This document shows positions 38,976 through 52,544 of a DNA stretch of 64,000 nt, one piece after another. A model generated the notes under the pieces. It ran no database searches and was not told where the DNA came from. It saw only the letters and a program-made list of their open reading frames with translations. The stretch comes from Octopus sinensis (Eukaryota), in assembly GCF_006345805.1 (NCBI RefSeq), contig NC_043002.1, forward strand, positions 101,184,001-101,248,000, read 5' to 3'. Within the stretch, counting starts at the first letter, position 1; each line of letters starts with the position of its first letter. Made by a program: the position numbers and the translations under genes.

Positions 38976-40574
38976 ATATATGTATGTATGTATAAATTTC
39001 CGATTTTTATTTACAATAAAGCGATCAATTATAGAACACAATACGCACATTTACAGTTTTCTTTAATGCATAACAACTGAAAAGAAGGCTCCGATATGGT
39101 AGTGCTGTGAGTTTCCCCACTTCTTCATTTTCAACAGGGAGTTCGAACCTGACTTCTCTTGGTTTGCCTCATGCTTTAACATATTTCAATTACTAATATT
39201 ATTTTAAACTTGTCAATGAATTTTACATTGAAGCCTCATTTCACTTCGAGGACTCCCCTCTCACGGAAATGTGTTGCTGTTTAAACAATTTTCAAAAACA
39301 GTTTTTAAAAAACACTTTAAAAACGTGGTTTTTGTCTCCGAATCAAGATGACTGGTTCTTGCACAAAATATACCTCGTACCAAGCTGACAATGTGATAAC
39401 AATTCTATTCTTTAGTACAAACTGTTACTTTCTCGAAACAAAATCCAGAATATTTCACCCAAAATGCACATTGCTGTTTCTTTAGGGTTGAGTCTTATCT
39501 AAAATTGACCAAATAATTTTGAATTCGTGAGAACTAGCCTCACTAAAATAAATTTTGACGAAGTCGTAACGCATTTTTAATCATGGCAGACAAATGAATG
39601 CTTTTACTCATAAAATCTATTTTGAATGTTAATTTAGTTACCCCGTTATATACTTTCGGCTCATATCACTGGTTAGTTTTTGCCTATGTGCTGTATGTCA
39701 TCGAATTTGCCAAATATCTACCCTCTACTTGGTAATTCTCACAAATTCCGAAGTTGTATGATTTACCTCCTGTTTGCCTCCCCATTTCATTCGATGTTGC
39801 CGCATTATAATTTTTAAATAACTGAAAATTTTATTAGCTGAGTAACTAAACCTAACTCAGTTCCTTAATCTATTAGATTAAGTAATTTCTTAGCCATGTT
39901 AGTTCTTACTGCTAACTTAAATATTCCTTTTCCTCAGTGCTTTTTACATATATAAACTTATAGGAGAATCCACTATTCATGAGCATTTTATTGTAAATCA
40001 AACCTAGCACATGAAAGCATCTTTATAATGAGATATCAGGGATAACCGTTTACTTCCTCAACCAAATTACTTAAGATGCTGGGCGCATGATTTGATTGCC
40101 TATTTATGTACTCTCATTACATTTAAAGTAAAGTTAATAACGTCTTCATTCACTCGGTCATTGACTCACTACTACAGGATATTCCCCGAAGTTTGTCAAC
40201 TGAAGTTCCATTTGCGAACCTTGTCTGCCATTATGTACAAAATTCAGCGAAGATACACTGAATGCCGACTAAAATATCAAACCAAATGAAACGTAGTGTA
40301 GCTGTAAATTTAGAAAAAAATCTTTCATCTCTAACATACGTTTCATATTATTTTGAAGTGTTTGGGAAAAATTTTATACAAGTTTATAAAATTTTATGAA
40401 CTTTTTTAGACATGTTTTTGTAAGAATCTGAAGTTCACTGCAGAACTGCTTTTGAAGTTTTTGAAGTCTTATGAAGTAAAATTACTATTTATTTTGTTTT
40501 TAGAAAACAATTGCAGTCTTCATAATTTTACCATTGCAACAGAAATTTCATGCAACTCTGATATTTAGTCAAAG

Positions 40575-40623
<49 letters not shown>

Positions 40624-40756
40624 GTCTTTCTGAAAATTACTAAATACTGTTTTTGAGTTGAAAAAGGGGATTCTAACAAAAACAATTTTTTTTTCAAAGT
40701 TATTGCATCTTTTATCAGGATGTTACTAACCTTTTTGGAAGAATTTTTTTCCTAGT

Positions 40757-40794
40757 CTGTGCGAGCGCTTTCGATTAATCTTTTCAGACACACG
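40757..40794 (-). ncRNA. Minimal hammerhead-like motif (core CTGAAAA)
   Basis: Minus strand GTGTGT-CTGAAAA-GAT ta ATC-GAAA-GCGC-TC-GCACA; about 0.3-0.4 kb downstream of a Penelope ORF on the same strand. Confidence 0.55.
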
Positions 40795-41099
40795 TGCTTT
40801 TGGTTAATGTAAGAAAGAGGACATTGTTATTTTTGTTGAAGTGGTAGTATTTAGTATTTCCAGTTTTTTTTTCGCACTTGGAGGATTTCAAGAATTATTC
40901 TTCCTTTGTTTTTCATAGTTAATCATAAATATTCTTTTACCATTGTTTATCATATGGAATGTAGGTTATTTTCGGTTTAATTTTGGATTTAGAATTCTTA
41001 TAAAGTATTCTTCCTTTGCCTTTCGTAATTGAAAATTTTCATTGTTTATTTTGTAAAATGGGAGTATTTAAAATTTTCCATTTGCACAGATGTCTAGAT

Positions 41100-41650
41100 G
41101 TTCACTGCATGGGACATTGCTAAAAGATAAATCCCTAAATTGTTGTTTATGCACATTTACACGACTGGTCTGTTTACTTCCTGTCTCTCGAATGTAGTTT
41201 ACTTTGCATTGTGGGCAAGTGATGCAGTAGATGACATTTTTTTGTTTTACAACTCATGTTTGCATTCACTTTTAATTCCAGTCCATTCTTGAATCTTTTG
41301 GCTGTCCCTTGCTCAATTAATTCATATGTCCCACAACGGGGGTCTTCACAGTTATTTATTTGCAAGGTTTCTTTTTCAAATGGGAATCTCGCCTTTGTTA
41401 GAAATCTCTTGAGGTTGAGTGGTTGTCTTCGACTGTTGATAATTTGTGAATTTTTAATGATTTGTTGGGGATTTGGTGATTGATGTAGAATTGGGAGGTA
41501 TCGTTCGGCTGAGTGCATGGTGTTGTGGCTTCTACGATTGTGGGGGATTACAGATGGAACATTTGTATTTGTATTTTTGTTTTCAGAACCACCCTGAGTG
41601 TTATCCGTAAGGTAGAAATCGGGATTCCCTTTGCGTTTGTCATGGCATGC
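41100..41650 (-). mobile_element. Penelope-like element thumb/GIY-YIG fragment
   Basis: INSRRQPLNLKRFLTKARF, NCEDPRCGT, VNANMSCKTK; parallels ORF 34493-35035. Confidence 0.8.
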
Positions 41651-42029
41651 TGAAATGACTTGTTGCGGTATTTTTGCGTTCCATTATGGAAAGGGTCGTA
41701 AGATCGAAAATATAGATATTGGTGTGTGTCTGTGTTTTGTAGTAGAGGTCAGTTATATATATATATATAGAGAGAGATATATATATAATATTATATGATC
41801 GAACGCCACGCATCATTTTCCAAGTAAGTTTTATCTTAATAATTACGATGCGCACTCTTCTTCTTTACTATCTCTTCTCTGTCTATCTCTCTCCCTCTCT
41901 TGCTCTTCATCCTTTCTGGTCTTCTCTCCCACCCTTCCCTATTCTTCTCCTCTCCCCGTCACCGTTCCTCTCTCTCATTAATCCTCCTCGACTCTCTCGT
42001 CGCTGACACGTGATGAGAGGGAATCCATC

Positions 42030-42340
42030 TTGGATTTGGTCATTCAACAATTCATCGTCAACTGCGTGCCATCGGAAAAGTCAGAAAAATGGGTGAATGT
42101 GTTCCTCACAAACATTCCGAGTCTAATCTCGCGCTGAGTGTGAATGTGTGTTCCTCTTTCCTGTCACGTCTCACGAATGAACCATTCTGGACCGAATGGT
42201 GGCCTGGTGGCGTGAAGAGAGTTCTCTATGGAAATGTCAAGCACCTAAGACAATGCGTAGGAAAAGGAGAAACACCGGCACTCCAGACCAAAGAAGGTCT
42301 TCACTCACGAAAGGTGTTGTTATCTGTCTGGTGAGTTATA
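42030..42340 (+). mobile_element. Mariner transposase fragment
   Basis: STIHRQLRAIGKVRKMGECVPHK..., RLTNEPF, VLYGNVK, LHSRKVLLSVW correspond to the mariner WVPHEL, GDEKW.Y.N and H.KKVLLSVWW regions. Confidence 0.85.
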
Positions 42341-42672
42341 ACAGGTTTAGTCCACTTTTCGGCGAATATGGTGGGTGGGGCATCGTCTCCTCGTCAAACT
42401 GCTTCGGCGAAGGAGGGAGGGGAGAAAGAGGGAATTAGAGAAGGATGGAGGAAGAAAACAGTATAGAGTAGAGTCACATCAAAAAGATGAAGATAAAATT
42501 GGAAATGGATGCGTCGCGCTCATTTAAATAATAATAAGTAGCATATAATGTATATATGTGTGTGTGTGTATTGTGCATACGTATATCTATATAGCACACA
42601 CTCTCTCGCTCCCTATCTATATATATGCATATACATATACATAGAAATGCATACATATACATACACACACGT

Positions 42673-42725
<53 letters not shown>

Positions 42726-43269
42726 TACACACATACACGCACATGCTGGTACGAACATATGCAAACTATCTACTGATAAAAGGACAGGATTAAAAAATCA
42801 ATATGATTGCATTAGACTTCAGATGGTCGTGTTACCTGGACCATGGGTGCAATGCTACATTGACCATGGGATACGCATTTGTGTTACAGTAGTTTGACAG
42901 GAGCAGGAGATCATAGCGTAGCAGGACCCAGTGCAACTTTCTATTCAAAATATTTAGTTGCCTTTAATTAGAGTGGCGAAGGAGAGTTGGATTATTTCCA
43001 TGTTTTTTTTTTCTTCTGTACACATATACGAGCCCTACGCATGTAACTATTACGTAACTCCTATTCCATATATATTTACCTACCACACGGTTTCCACACC
43101 TAACTCAGGATTTTGGGGGCGAAGACACATAGCATTTTATAAATCCCGCGTTTAATTTTCTCCCGCGATTTGTCCGGCTTTTGTTCACAGGATGCACAAA
43201 GTAATAATGGTGGGTAAGACCAATGGACTTTATAGTATAGTGGTGGTTTCTATCGTGGATGTTAGGTCC

Positions 43270-43870
43270 TACCATATCCGCTATGCGGTCCTAAAACACG
43301 CTGGCTGCCAGAGATTCGTTGCAATAGGGGATGTTGCCTCAAAACTGTCTATATTCGAATATAGGTTCGAAATCCTCTTAATGATATCCTTCGCAAAGAT
43401 TTAAAACACAATAGGTGAGTGACAGGAAGCCATGTTGATATACGACGGCATTTCATTTGGATCGTGGTAGAACCTAAATGAACTGGTGCCTAAATCGAGC
43501 GTAACATCCAAAAGCACTATGATAAGGCTGCTCTCAATGTATCAGGTCCTTTCGGTACAGAGCGTTCCCGTTTCCGCCTCTAGAAATGGATAAAGCGTCA
43601 TTTCTACAGAGGCCAAAGTGGACTAACAGCAACCTCTTAAGGTGTCAAGTATATATAACCGTAGGAAGTCGCAGATATCTGCACTGGTGAATGTCCCCGT
43701 TGGCATGTCGAAGGAGCCTTCTAAATGAGTGTGCTTGACCAAGGCCGAAGCTTTCTTGAACAGCAGATATTTTTCTGGCGTGCATTATAAATTCTATATC
43801 AGTATCACTCTCTTCAGTACAGTCCTTAGCGAAAATAAGGGCTCTCTCTAGTAACACATTCGATACAGCT
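43270..43870 (-). mobile_element. Penelope-type reverse transcriptase fragment
   Basis: LLERALIFAK...IEFIMHARK, FDMPTGTF..ADICD, GLCRND, LLDVTLDL, YINMASCHSP, RISNL: decayed PLE RT motifs in order. Confidence 0.75.
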
Positions 43871-43871
43871 G

Positions 43872-43881
43872 GATCTATCTG

Positions 43882-43954
<73 letters not shown>

Positions 43955-43955
43955 A

Positions 43956-44007
<52 letters not shown>

Positions 44008-44012
44008 CATCT
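43872..44012. repeat. (TATC)n, the likely 3' tail of the adjacent RTE element
   Basis: Direct repeat abutting the RTE 3' end. Confidence 0.9.
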
Positions 44013-44612
44013 ATCCGTTCTGTCGAAGTCGACTCTCGGTTACTCGATGGATCAGTGTTCTCCAGCCAGTTCTATCCTGGGTCGCTTCTTTCAGATGGGC
44101 TATGGCCATTCCCGTGTCACTCCTGATGGTGTCAAGCCAGCGGGTTTTTGGTCGGCCTCTTCTTCTCTTACCACTGACAATTCCGAGCATGATGTCCTAC
44201 TCCAGGGATTTTCTCCGCATAATATGGCCACAATATGCCAATCTATGGTTGGTGATGCTAGCTTCTAGGGACAGTTACGGCTTGATCTGGTTAAGATCTC
44301 TATTGGTGAGCCTCGCTGTCCATGGAATCCGTAAAAAGTCTTCTCCAACACCAAAGCTCGAATGCATTAATTCTCTTCCCCTCAGCTTTCTTTAGTGTCC
44401 AGGTCTCGCATCCATATGTTGCTATTAGGAAGACGATTGCATTCACCAGTCTGCATTTGGTACGAGGCTGATGTCTCTACTCTTCCAGACCTTGCTCATG
44501 CCGGCAATTGCCTCTCTGCATAGTACTATCCGGCGCCTTATCTCTGGAGTGCAGTTACCATCTTGATTTATTTTGGAGCCAAGGAATACTCTTAGCCAGA
44601 AATGGGCCGAGA
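44013..44612 (-). mobile_element. RTE-clade (BovB-like) LINE 3' end
   Basis: FLGSKINQDGNCTPEIRRRIVLCREAIAGMSKVWKSRDISL parallels the RTE FLGS.I..DG.C..EI.RR motif; 3' end at a (GATA)n tail. Confidence 0.88.
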
Positions 44613-44614
44613 GG

Positions 44615-45783
44615 AAGCTATCCTTGAAAGGTCGGCAGAGGTGGCTAACACGTACATTGTGTCCGTCATCTGCTACCGCTTGACCGTTGTGCTTTGTTTC
44701 GGCCACCATCTGATTAATTTGGAGCGTATACTTTTCCTCTTCTTGTGGAAGGCACGCATCCCGATGATCAAGCGGTCTATGTGCTGTCAGTGTCCGCTGT
44801 ATGGTGGCCTGGCTACGACATCTCCATTGCTTCCTTCACAGTGAACAGGTGTGGTCACCTTTCCCTGGATGCGTATTTCCCCAGCTAATTTATTTAATGG
44901 AACTGCAGTTCTGGGTAAAATAGAAACCGACAGAAGCCATTTGGAAAGTGTAATGTCTCCAAGCGCTCACACGCCTCAGTCAGTCGGACACTGCGATTGG
45001 TGGAATGTCCACTTTAGCTTTCTATAGAGGATTAGTGGAAGGAAAGTGCGACGATGTTCTTGGGGAGACATTAAGCGTCGAAGAAGATCCGCTTCACGCA
45101 CTTTTCTGAAGAATTTTCGGCCTGGGACCAATGGATAACTTCCAAAAATCTCTGGCCTGGCAGTGCTACCGGGAAGATTTGCCTGTTCGAGATATACTAT
45201 ACAGGCACGGAAGTGCAATCGGCCGAGCCTGTCCGACATGCGCACAGAACGACGAGACGGTCCAGCATGTACTCGTCCAGGGTCCAAGCTTTGCTGACCT
45301 GTGGGTTTATATCGAACACCTGGATTCATGTGTAGGACGGATCCAGTTGTAAACTGAATCCACCGTGAAGATCGTCCCGCCACCTTCCTTTAGCCGGGAA
45401 GAAAAGGCTGTTTGTATATGCCTGGTGGTCATGGCGAAAGTGGTTGAATGGTGAACGAGATTGGAGAGAGTGAAGACAAACACTTTTCTCTTTGACAAAT
45501 CCCTGATCAACTTCTTCGAATTTCACTTGAAAAGGAAACTAAGGGAAGAGTAGGAAATGTCTTCTGGGCAATTTGTTGAAAGGTGGATGGAAGTGACTAG
45601 AATGGTGCGAGTGAACGGGTCTGCTCTGATCATACGCCTGTAGTTGGAGAAAAGGAAAGGATAAGAGGTACTTGCCCCAAAAGTAGCCATGGTTTTTAAG
45701 GGATCTTTCTACGAGCAGCTCTCGAACGTCTCCTCCATATAAGGGATTACATAGTGTTGGTTTTCTTTTCTGTTTCAAAACCC
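44615..45783 (+). mobile_element. Tx1/L1-like LINE 3' fragment (post-RT region + zf-RVT)
   Basis: ILFLFLWKARIPMIKRSMCCQCPLYGGL and SLAWQCYREDLPVRDILYRHG...ACPTCAQNDETVQHVL. Confidence 0.85.
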
Positions 45784-45901
45784 TCACAACACGCACTTAC
45801 ACACATACGCACACACATTCTTTATTCTGTCCTGTATTGTCCATGATGTTTTTCTTAATGTATACCCTTTGTGGTTAATAATGAAATCATCATCATCATC
45901 A

Positions 45902-45939
<38 letters not shown>

Positions 45940-47989
45940 GGCAGCAGCAGTAGCAGTAGTAGCAGTAATAGTAGTAGTAGTAGTAGTAAAAATAATATGA
46001 TGTAACAACACGTCACTGCATCCACTATTTGTTGTTGATCTGCTTCGACACCTGGTGGATGATACCTATGCACCACCCAGGCATCATTCTTCCAACCCAT
46101 GGGTCTATGTGGATAGTTGTTGCTGATGAGAGTAATATAATACAGTAATATTGTAGATGCATTGTGTAATAACTAGATTATAAGGAAGATTTGATTGCTA
46201 CTTCTGGTAGTGAGAGAAACCATGTAGAGGCTGTCAGGCCTACTCACCAGCTAATTATATTGGTTTACAAGTGGTGTGTATTAATGGCTTTCGGCAAGAA
46301 TATTTAGTTGTGCTCAATCAAATTAAATTGATTAGCAATTTATCAGTAAACATCTGCAACGTTAGTCTTTCTAAATATTTCACCGTTTCTTCTTATCACT
46401 TCACGTCTTGCCAGGAGACATTGCGCTAATCCATTTACATTTTCGCAACTTTCAACAATACAAAATGTCCCTTATCACTGTCTCATGATTTCCTATTTAC
46501 TCTTTGACACGTCCATATTTGGAAACGTAACCATGGCTAGATTAAACAATCCGTTTCTATGACTCGAAGTGTGAGAACCTCTACATGCTACCCTTGTTTG
46601 CTAGAAATTCCAACTAAATCTCCATCTTTTACAAGAAGATGTGCTTCCCTGTTTCCATTCATCATTTGCGATATTCATTTCCAACTTATTTCAATTATCA
46701 GCGTAACTGGGAACTTATGACAGGAACGCTTTATATTACTGAGAATGTATGAAACAACGGCTATGAGAAAATCTAAAACCAAGCATGGACGTTTTATACA
46801 CACACACACTGACACATACACACACATACATACGTGCGGTGTGTGTATGTATGTCTGTGTATGTATGTATATATGTATGCATGTATCTATGTGTGGGATG
46901 TATGAGGGTGTGGAGGCTGTCAAGTATTTACCAACTCATGTCAAGAAATGCTATTCAAAGTTTATCGTAGCTCGTCAGAGAATTATAAAAAAAAAACCGT
47001 GACTGGTTCTGAGTGGCTCGCTGAATATGCTAGGCCAGCTACTAATGCCAAATCCATTCAATTTGCACCGGAACCATCCAGATGTAAAACTCATTTCCCA
47101 TTGTACTTGATATTAGCGATGCTGCCAATTATTCAGGAGCGCTTTTAGCTCCCTTAAGCTCACTTCTGTCCCTTCTCAAAATCTGCTGCTGAAACCAGTG
47201 ATACACATTTGATGTTGCAGATGTCGCTATATGCTTTGAATGTGCCAAATGTCTGTAACAGCACAAAGCTGTCAACATTCTTATATTTCCACTGATCGAA
47301 GTTATTATCATTTTGTCTGGCTGTGTCGAGAGAAAAGATGTTTTTATTGCATGTTTTTTTCTTTATCCCATCAACTGCTTTCAGTTCCAGTAAAATTGTC
47401 TTTTTCTATGACCACCAAAAACGTTTCAGCGACTCTTACTCAAGGTGGTCGGAGCTGTTGAACTGTTCATCATTATTACAATAGTTTTGTCCAGGCTAGC
47501 AGTTTTTGAGACTAGTTTTTTTTTCACGAGAGAACCAAACTCCTCAATACCGAACCCCTACCACATTTTACTACCACAAAACAATACGCTACATCGATGC
47601 ATTGCATTACACTACACTACATTACTACATTAATACTACATACGACTTTATTGAACCTTATTCTGCTCTACTGGACACAGATGAATCACTGCGATCATAG
47701 CTTTACTTAAAACAGAGTTTCCTGTGGTTAAACAATAAGAGAAACAATGCCACCCCACCCCCACCAACAACTGCAATATTATGAGCCATTGAAGGAGTCA
47801 TCTTGAAGCCACTCGCTGCTAGAGATGGTAGTTATATCTCCCTCAGATCACTCTCTGGCGTCATAGAAAAGGTAAGGGCTGACTGAATAATGAAATCCTT
47901 TTGAATCAAAGAATGGATGGTCCCAAATTGTCCTCGTTTGTATGTCTGATCGTTCTTTGTTGCCCTAAAGCTGAACAACAACAACGTCA

Positions 47990-48310
47990 GTGGAGGCTCA
48001 ATGACCCAGTGGTTAGGGCAGCGGATTCGCGGTCGTAAGAACGCGGTTTCTATTCCCAGACCGGGCATTGTGAGTGTTTATTGAGCAAAAACACTTAAGC
48101 TCCACGACGCTCCTGCGGGTGGGGTAAGGTGAACCCCACTGAACTCTTTCACCACAACTTTCTCTCACTCTTTCTTCTTGCTTCTGCCACAAAGCAGAGG
48201 AACCATGGTGTAACCCACTATGGTGAGGTAAACTTTCGAACCCTAGTCTAGATTGCGAATCCTCTGTACCCCAGGATGGTTCAGCTCTCCACCCGTTAAA
48301 AGCCACCGTT
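47990..48310 (+). mobile_element. SINE family C variant (tRNA head)
   Basis: TGACCCAGTGGTTAGG A-box and CGCGGTTTCTATTCCC B-box-like; head matches 15021. Confidence 0.7.
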
Positions 48311-49870
48311 TACGGAATGAGGATGACAACGTAGCTTTCGCGCCCGTGCAACCGCCAGTCTATTGCGTGTGGTGGGTGGATCCTCAAGTTGCCACACGCA
48401 TTTTTAGTAGCTTAGTGTAGGCTCGAATTAGAGATTATTCTTTGTGGCTAATGACATGAGTCCTAATTGAAAGAAGAAGAAGAAGAAGACAACAACGTCA
48501 ACAACTACAGCAGCAGCAGCAGCAGCTTAACAACAAAATAACATTAATGACAACAACGATAGCGACAACAGATAGAGTGACGGCAACAACAATGATGATG
48601 AGAGGACGATAATGAAAACAGCAACAACAACAACAACAACAATAAAATAGCAGCAAGAATATGGAATATCACCGCTATTCGAGCCAAAACCACTGCTGTT
48701 AGAAATAGCAGCCAAATTTCCCTCAAATCGGAACCATCCACCTTAGAGAAGGCAAGACGTACTGGCGAATTCAGTTCGGGATACAGAATAAAAGAAAAAG
48801 AAGCGGGATGGTCACGGATGTATATCTTTGATCTGGTCATGGTTGACAGGAGATTAACAATACTACCATCAACACTAATGTATTTTGCTATTTAATGTGG
48901 TCCATGGTGGACTGTATCTAGGAAAGTGACGGCTTGGTTACTTCTAGAAATTCTGTGAACCTTATTGTGCTAGATCAGTATTAACCTAGGGTTTAACACA
49001 GCAGTAATAGCAACGGAAACAGTCTGTTGTGGTGTACAATGAAAAGAAACCATCATCTCCACCCTACCTCCCATTTTGCTCAAGATAACAATATAAATGT
49101 GATTCAGCTTATTTTCTTTCAGAAACTTCTTTCTACGCAACCCATTCCTGGAATTACAACTTGAAACAAAACTTCGAAATTCCAAGAGGCTGGCTATTAA
49201 TCCATCAGTTGTATTTTTCCTCGACGTTTTTCGTTCTCTCGTAGAATTTATAAGGGGGGGAAAAAGCGAAAGGTAAAAAAAAGAACAAAAACAAAATAAA
49301 GATAAATAAATAAATGAATAAGAAGCACCAAAGAAACCACCTAAAAAGAAAAGAAAAAAAAAATGAAAAGAGAAAAAGCAAAAAAAGCAAAAGCTGATAG
49401 GAATGACCAGAATTATAAAGGTACAATTATTTGTGGTTTAGTGTATGATACGATTTATCTTTATCTAACGTTCAGAATACAACGAGCATAAACAGCTTCT
49501 TATCAGGTTTCAACAGAGTCGAAAATCAGAGCTGAATCGAATAAGAGAAGCATAAATAACTTGATGCCTACTCATTGTCAGAATTACCAATCTCAGCTAT
49601 CCTTGGCACCAGAAATTATTTCTTAAAATGCCAAGTTGTTGGAGTTAAAACTAGTATAAATGGTGTTGCTGGTGTAGACTGAAACGAAATCTACATTCGC
49701 TGTTTGAAACGTTTAACTTTGCTTATGTCTCTCTTGTACACACGTACACACAGAGCGAAAGAGAAATATTTTCTATTATTTCGGTTTAGTCTTTTATTTT
49801 CTTCTCTTCTAAAGATCCTTTCGTTTTTTTTTTTAATGGAAATAAAATTTTATAATTATAGGCAATTGTT

Positions 49871-50102
49871 AGGGCAGTGAGCCGGCAGAATCGTTTGCAC
49901 GCCGGGCGAAACGTGTAGCCGTATTTCGTCTGCCGTTACGTTCTGAGTTCAAATTCCGCCGAGGTCGACTTTGCCTTTCATCCTTTCGGGGTCGATTAAA
50001 TAAGTACCAGTTACACGCTGAGGTCGATATAATCGACTTAATCTATTTGTTTGTCCTTGTTTGTCCCTTCTGTGTTTAGCCCCTCGTGGGTAGTAAAGAA
50101 AT
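49871..50102 (+). mobile_element. SINE family A (young copy nested in an older copy)
   Basis: Body near-identical to 7239-7469; 19-bp duplication at 49887-49905 and 50103-50121. Confidence 0.88.
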
Positions 50103-50574
50103 AGAATCGTTTGCACGCCGGAAGAAAAAAAAAAGCTCTTAGTAGTATTTCGTCCGTCTTTACGTTCTGAGTTGAAATTCCGCTGATTTTGCTTTTTACA
50201 CTTTCGCCTTCAATAAAATAATTACCAGTTGAGCACTGTCTTCGATGTGATCGACTTACCCCAACCCCTGAATTCGCTGGATTTGTAGTAGCAAAGTTTG
50301 AAACCAATAATTGTATATTTGCATACATGAAGTCACGGATGTATGCAAATACACTCACTTTTGTATATCTCTATTTCATTCTGGTTTCAGTCAGCGGACC
50401 GTGGCCATGTCGGGATACTGCTTCGAAGGGTTTCACTGAACAGATCGAACCCTGTAAATATTTTTGTTAAAACTCTGGTGATTACTCAATGAGTTGCTTT
50501 TATCAAAGCGCCAAGTTAAGGGGACGTAAACAAACCAACAAATTCTTATATACATATACATGTCGTATATATAT

Positions 50575-50820
50575 GTATATATATGTATGTGTGTGTGTGT
50601 GTGTTTGTGTGTCTGTGTTTGTCCCCCTAGCATTGCTTGACAACCGATGCTGTTGTGTTTACGTCCCCGTCACTAAGCGGTTCGGCAAAAGAGACCGATA
50701 GAATAAGTACTGGGCTTACAAAGAATAAGTCCCGGGGTTGATTTTTTCCTCTAAAAGCGGTGCTCCAGCATGGCCGCAGTCAAATGACTGAAACAAGTAA
50801 AAGATAAAGAGTAAAGAGTA
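50575..50820 (+). mobile_element. SINE family B 3' half
   Basis: Reverse complement of 6477-6700. Confidence 0.85.
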
Positions 50821-51105
50821 TATATGTATATAAATTCGCGCGCACGCACACACAAACACACATATATATATGTATGCATCCACACGACGGGCTTCCACAC
50901 AGTTTCCGCCAACCAAATCCACTCACAACCAATTGCTCCATTAATCGTTCGATCAATCAATCAATCAATCAATCAACTGCTTACTCAGAGTATTTTCCGT
51001 CGCCATTTGACTCCTCATCAATGACCTGCTTCCATCACACCAGGGTGTCTCCAAACTTTTATTACTCCAGTTATTCTTTTTCGGAATGTGTACGATCATA
51101 GGAGT

Positions 51106-51161
<56 letters not shown>

Positions 51162-51996
51162 TGTATGAGCATATATGCGCTTATGATGGTGAATGTGTGA
51201 GAGGCCTTGTGTGGTTCGTTGATTTTTTGAGGAGTAGTATCTCTGAGTATACTCAGTGTGTGTCTGTGCGTGTGTGTGTGTGTGTGCGTGAATGATTATT
51301 CTTCTCGCTTCCTTTATTACTTTTACGACTGTTTATACCTTTCATTCTTATCTCATATCACCGAGAAAATGAATATAAATTCGAAAGAAACAAAATATAA
51401 ATGAGTTACCCCAGAAGTCTGAGGCACTTCTAAAGAGAATGCAAAGAAATTTTCTACTTCGGCCCATGCACAATAAATTTGATTTTAACACCCATAAAAA
51501 TGATAATCTGAAAACAATCTATTTGAGCCTTTGAAAGTGGATCATTTTATCGCAATTAGAATATGACAGTTTACTAAGGTCTAAAAGAAAATTTAGTAAC
51601 TGCTCAGCATTCTAAGGAGATTTTGTCCCATCACCCCACCCCAAAAGAATTAGTATGAAATTAACTAATTGTCGCTAATATAAGTTTAAGGCTAACAGTT
51701 TTGAGGAGAGTTACTTGATTTCAGCTACTCCAGTATTATACATTTGAATTATTATAACAGCTTCGAAGGAAAAAATACAAATTGGAAAAATTGATCTCGG
51801 CGCGATTTGCCCTTAGAACATAAATAGCAACAGACTGCACATGTCATTTTATTTGACGTTGTAACAATTTTGCAAGGTCGTCGCTTTATTTAACATAATT
51901 AATAATAAATCTCATGATGTTATTTAATTTCATTTTTTTAGAAGCTAATAAATAGCTTCTAAGTTAGAAACAGAGAGCGCAGTTGGGATGTTCAGC

Positions 51997-52393
51997 TTTA
52001 CTCTTTTACTTGTGTCAGTCATTTGACTGCGGCCATGCTGGAGCACCGCCTTTGGTCGAGCAAATCGACCCCGGGACTTATTCTTTGTAAGCCCAGTACT
52101 TATTCTACCGGGCTCTTTTGCCGAAACGCTAAGTGACGGGGACGTAAACACACCAGCATCGGTTGTCAAGCAATGCTAGGGGACAAACACAGACACACAA
52201 ACACATACACACACATATATATATATATACGACAGGCTTCTTTCAGTTTCTGTCTACCAAATCCACTCACAAGGCATTGGTCGGCTCGGGCTATAGCAGA
52301 AGACACTTGCCCAAGATGCCACGCAGTGGGACTGAACCCGGAACCATGTGGTTGGTTAGCAAGCTACTTACCACACAGCCATTCCTGCGCCTA
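51997..52393 (-). mobile_element. CORE-type SINE family B, full length
   Basis: Homologous to 6477-6886 and 24292-24741. Confidence 0.9.
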
Positions 52394-52544
52394 TTACTAA
52401 GAATTTATTTTACATTTAATAATCACAAACAAATCATTAAAAACCCAACTAATCTATTAATAGATGAAGCAAAAAGTGAATGAAGTATAGTGAATAAAAA
52501 TAGTCGCAGGAGTGGCAGTGTGGTAAGTAGCTTGCTTACGCGCA

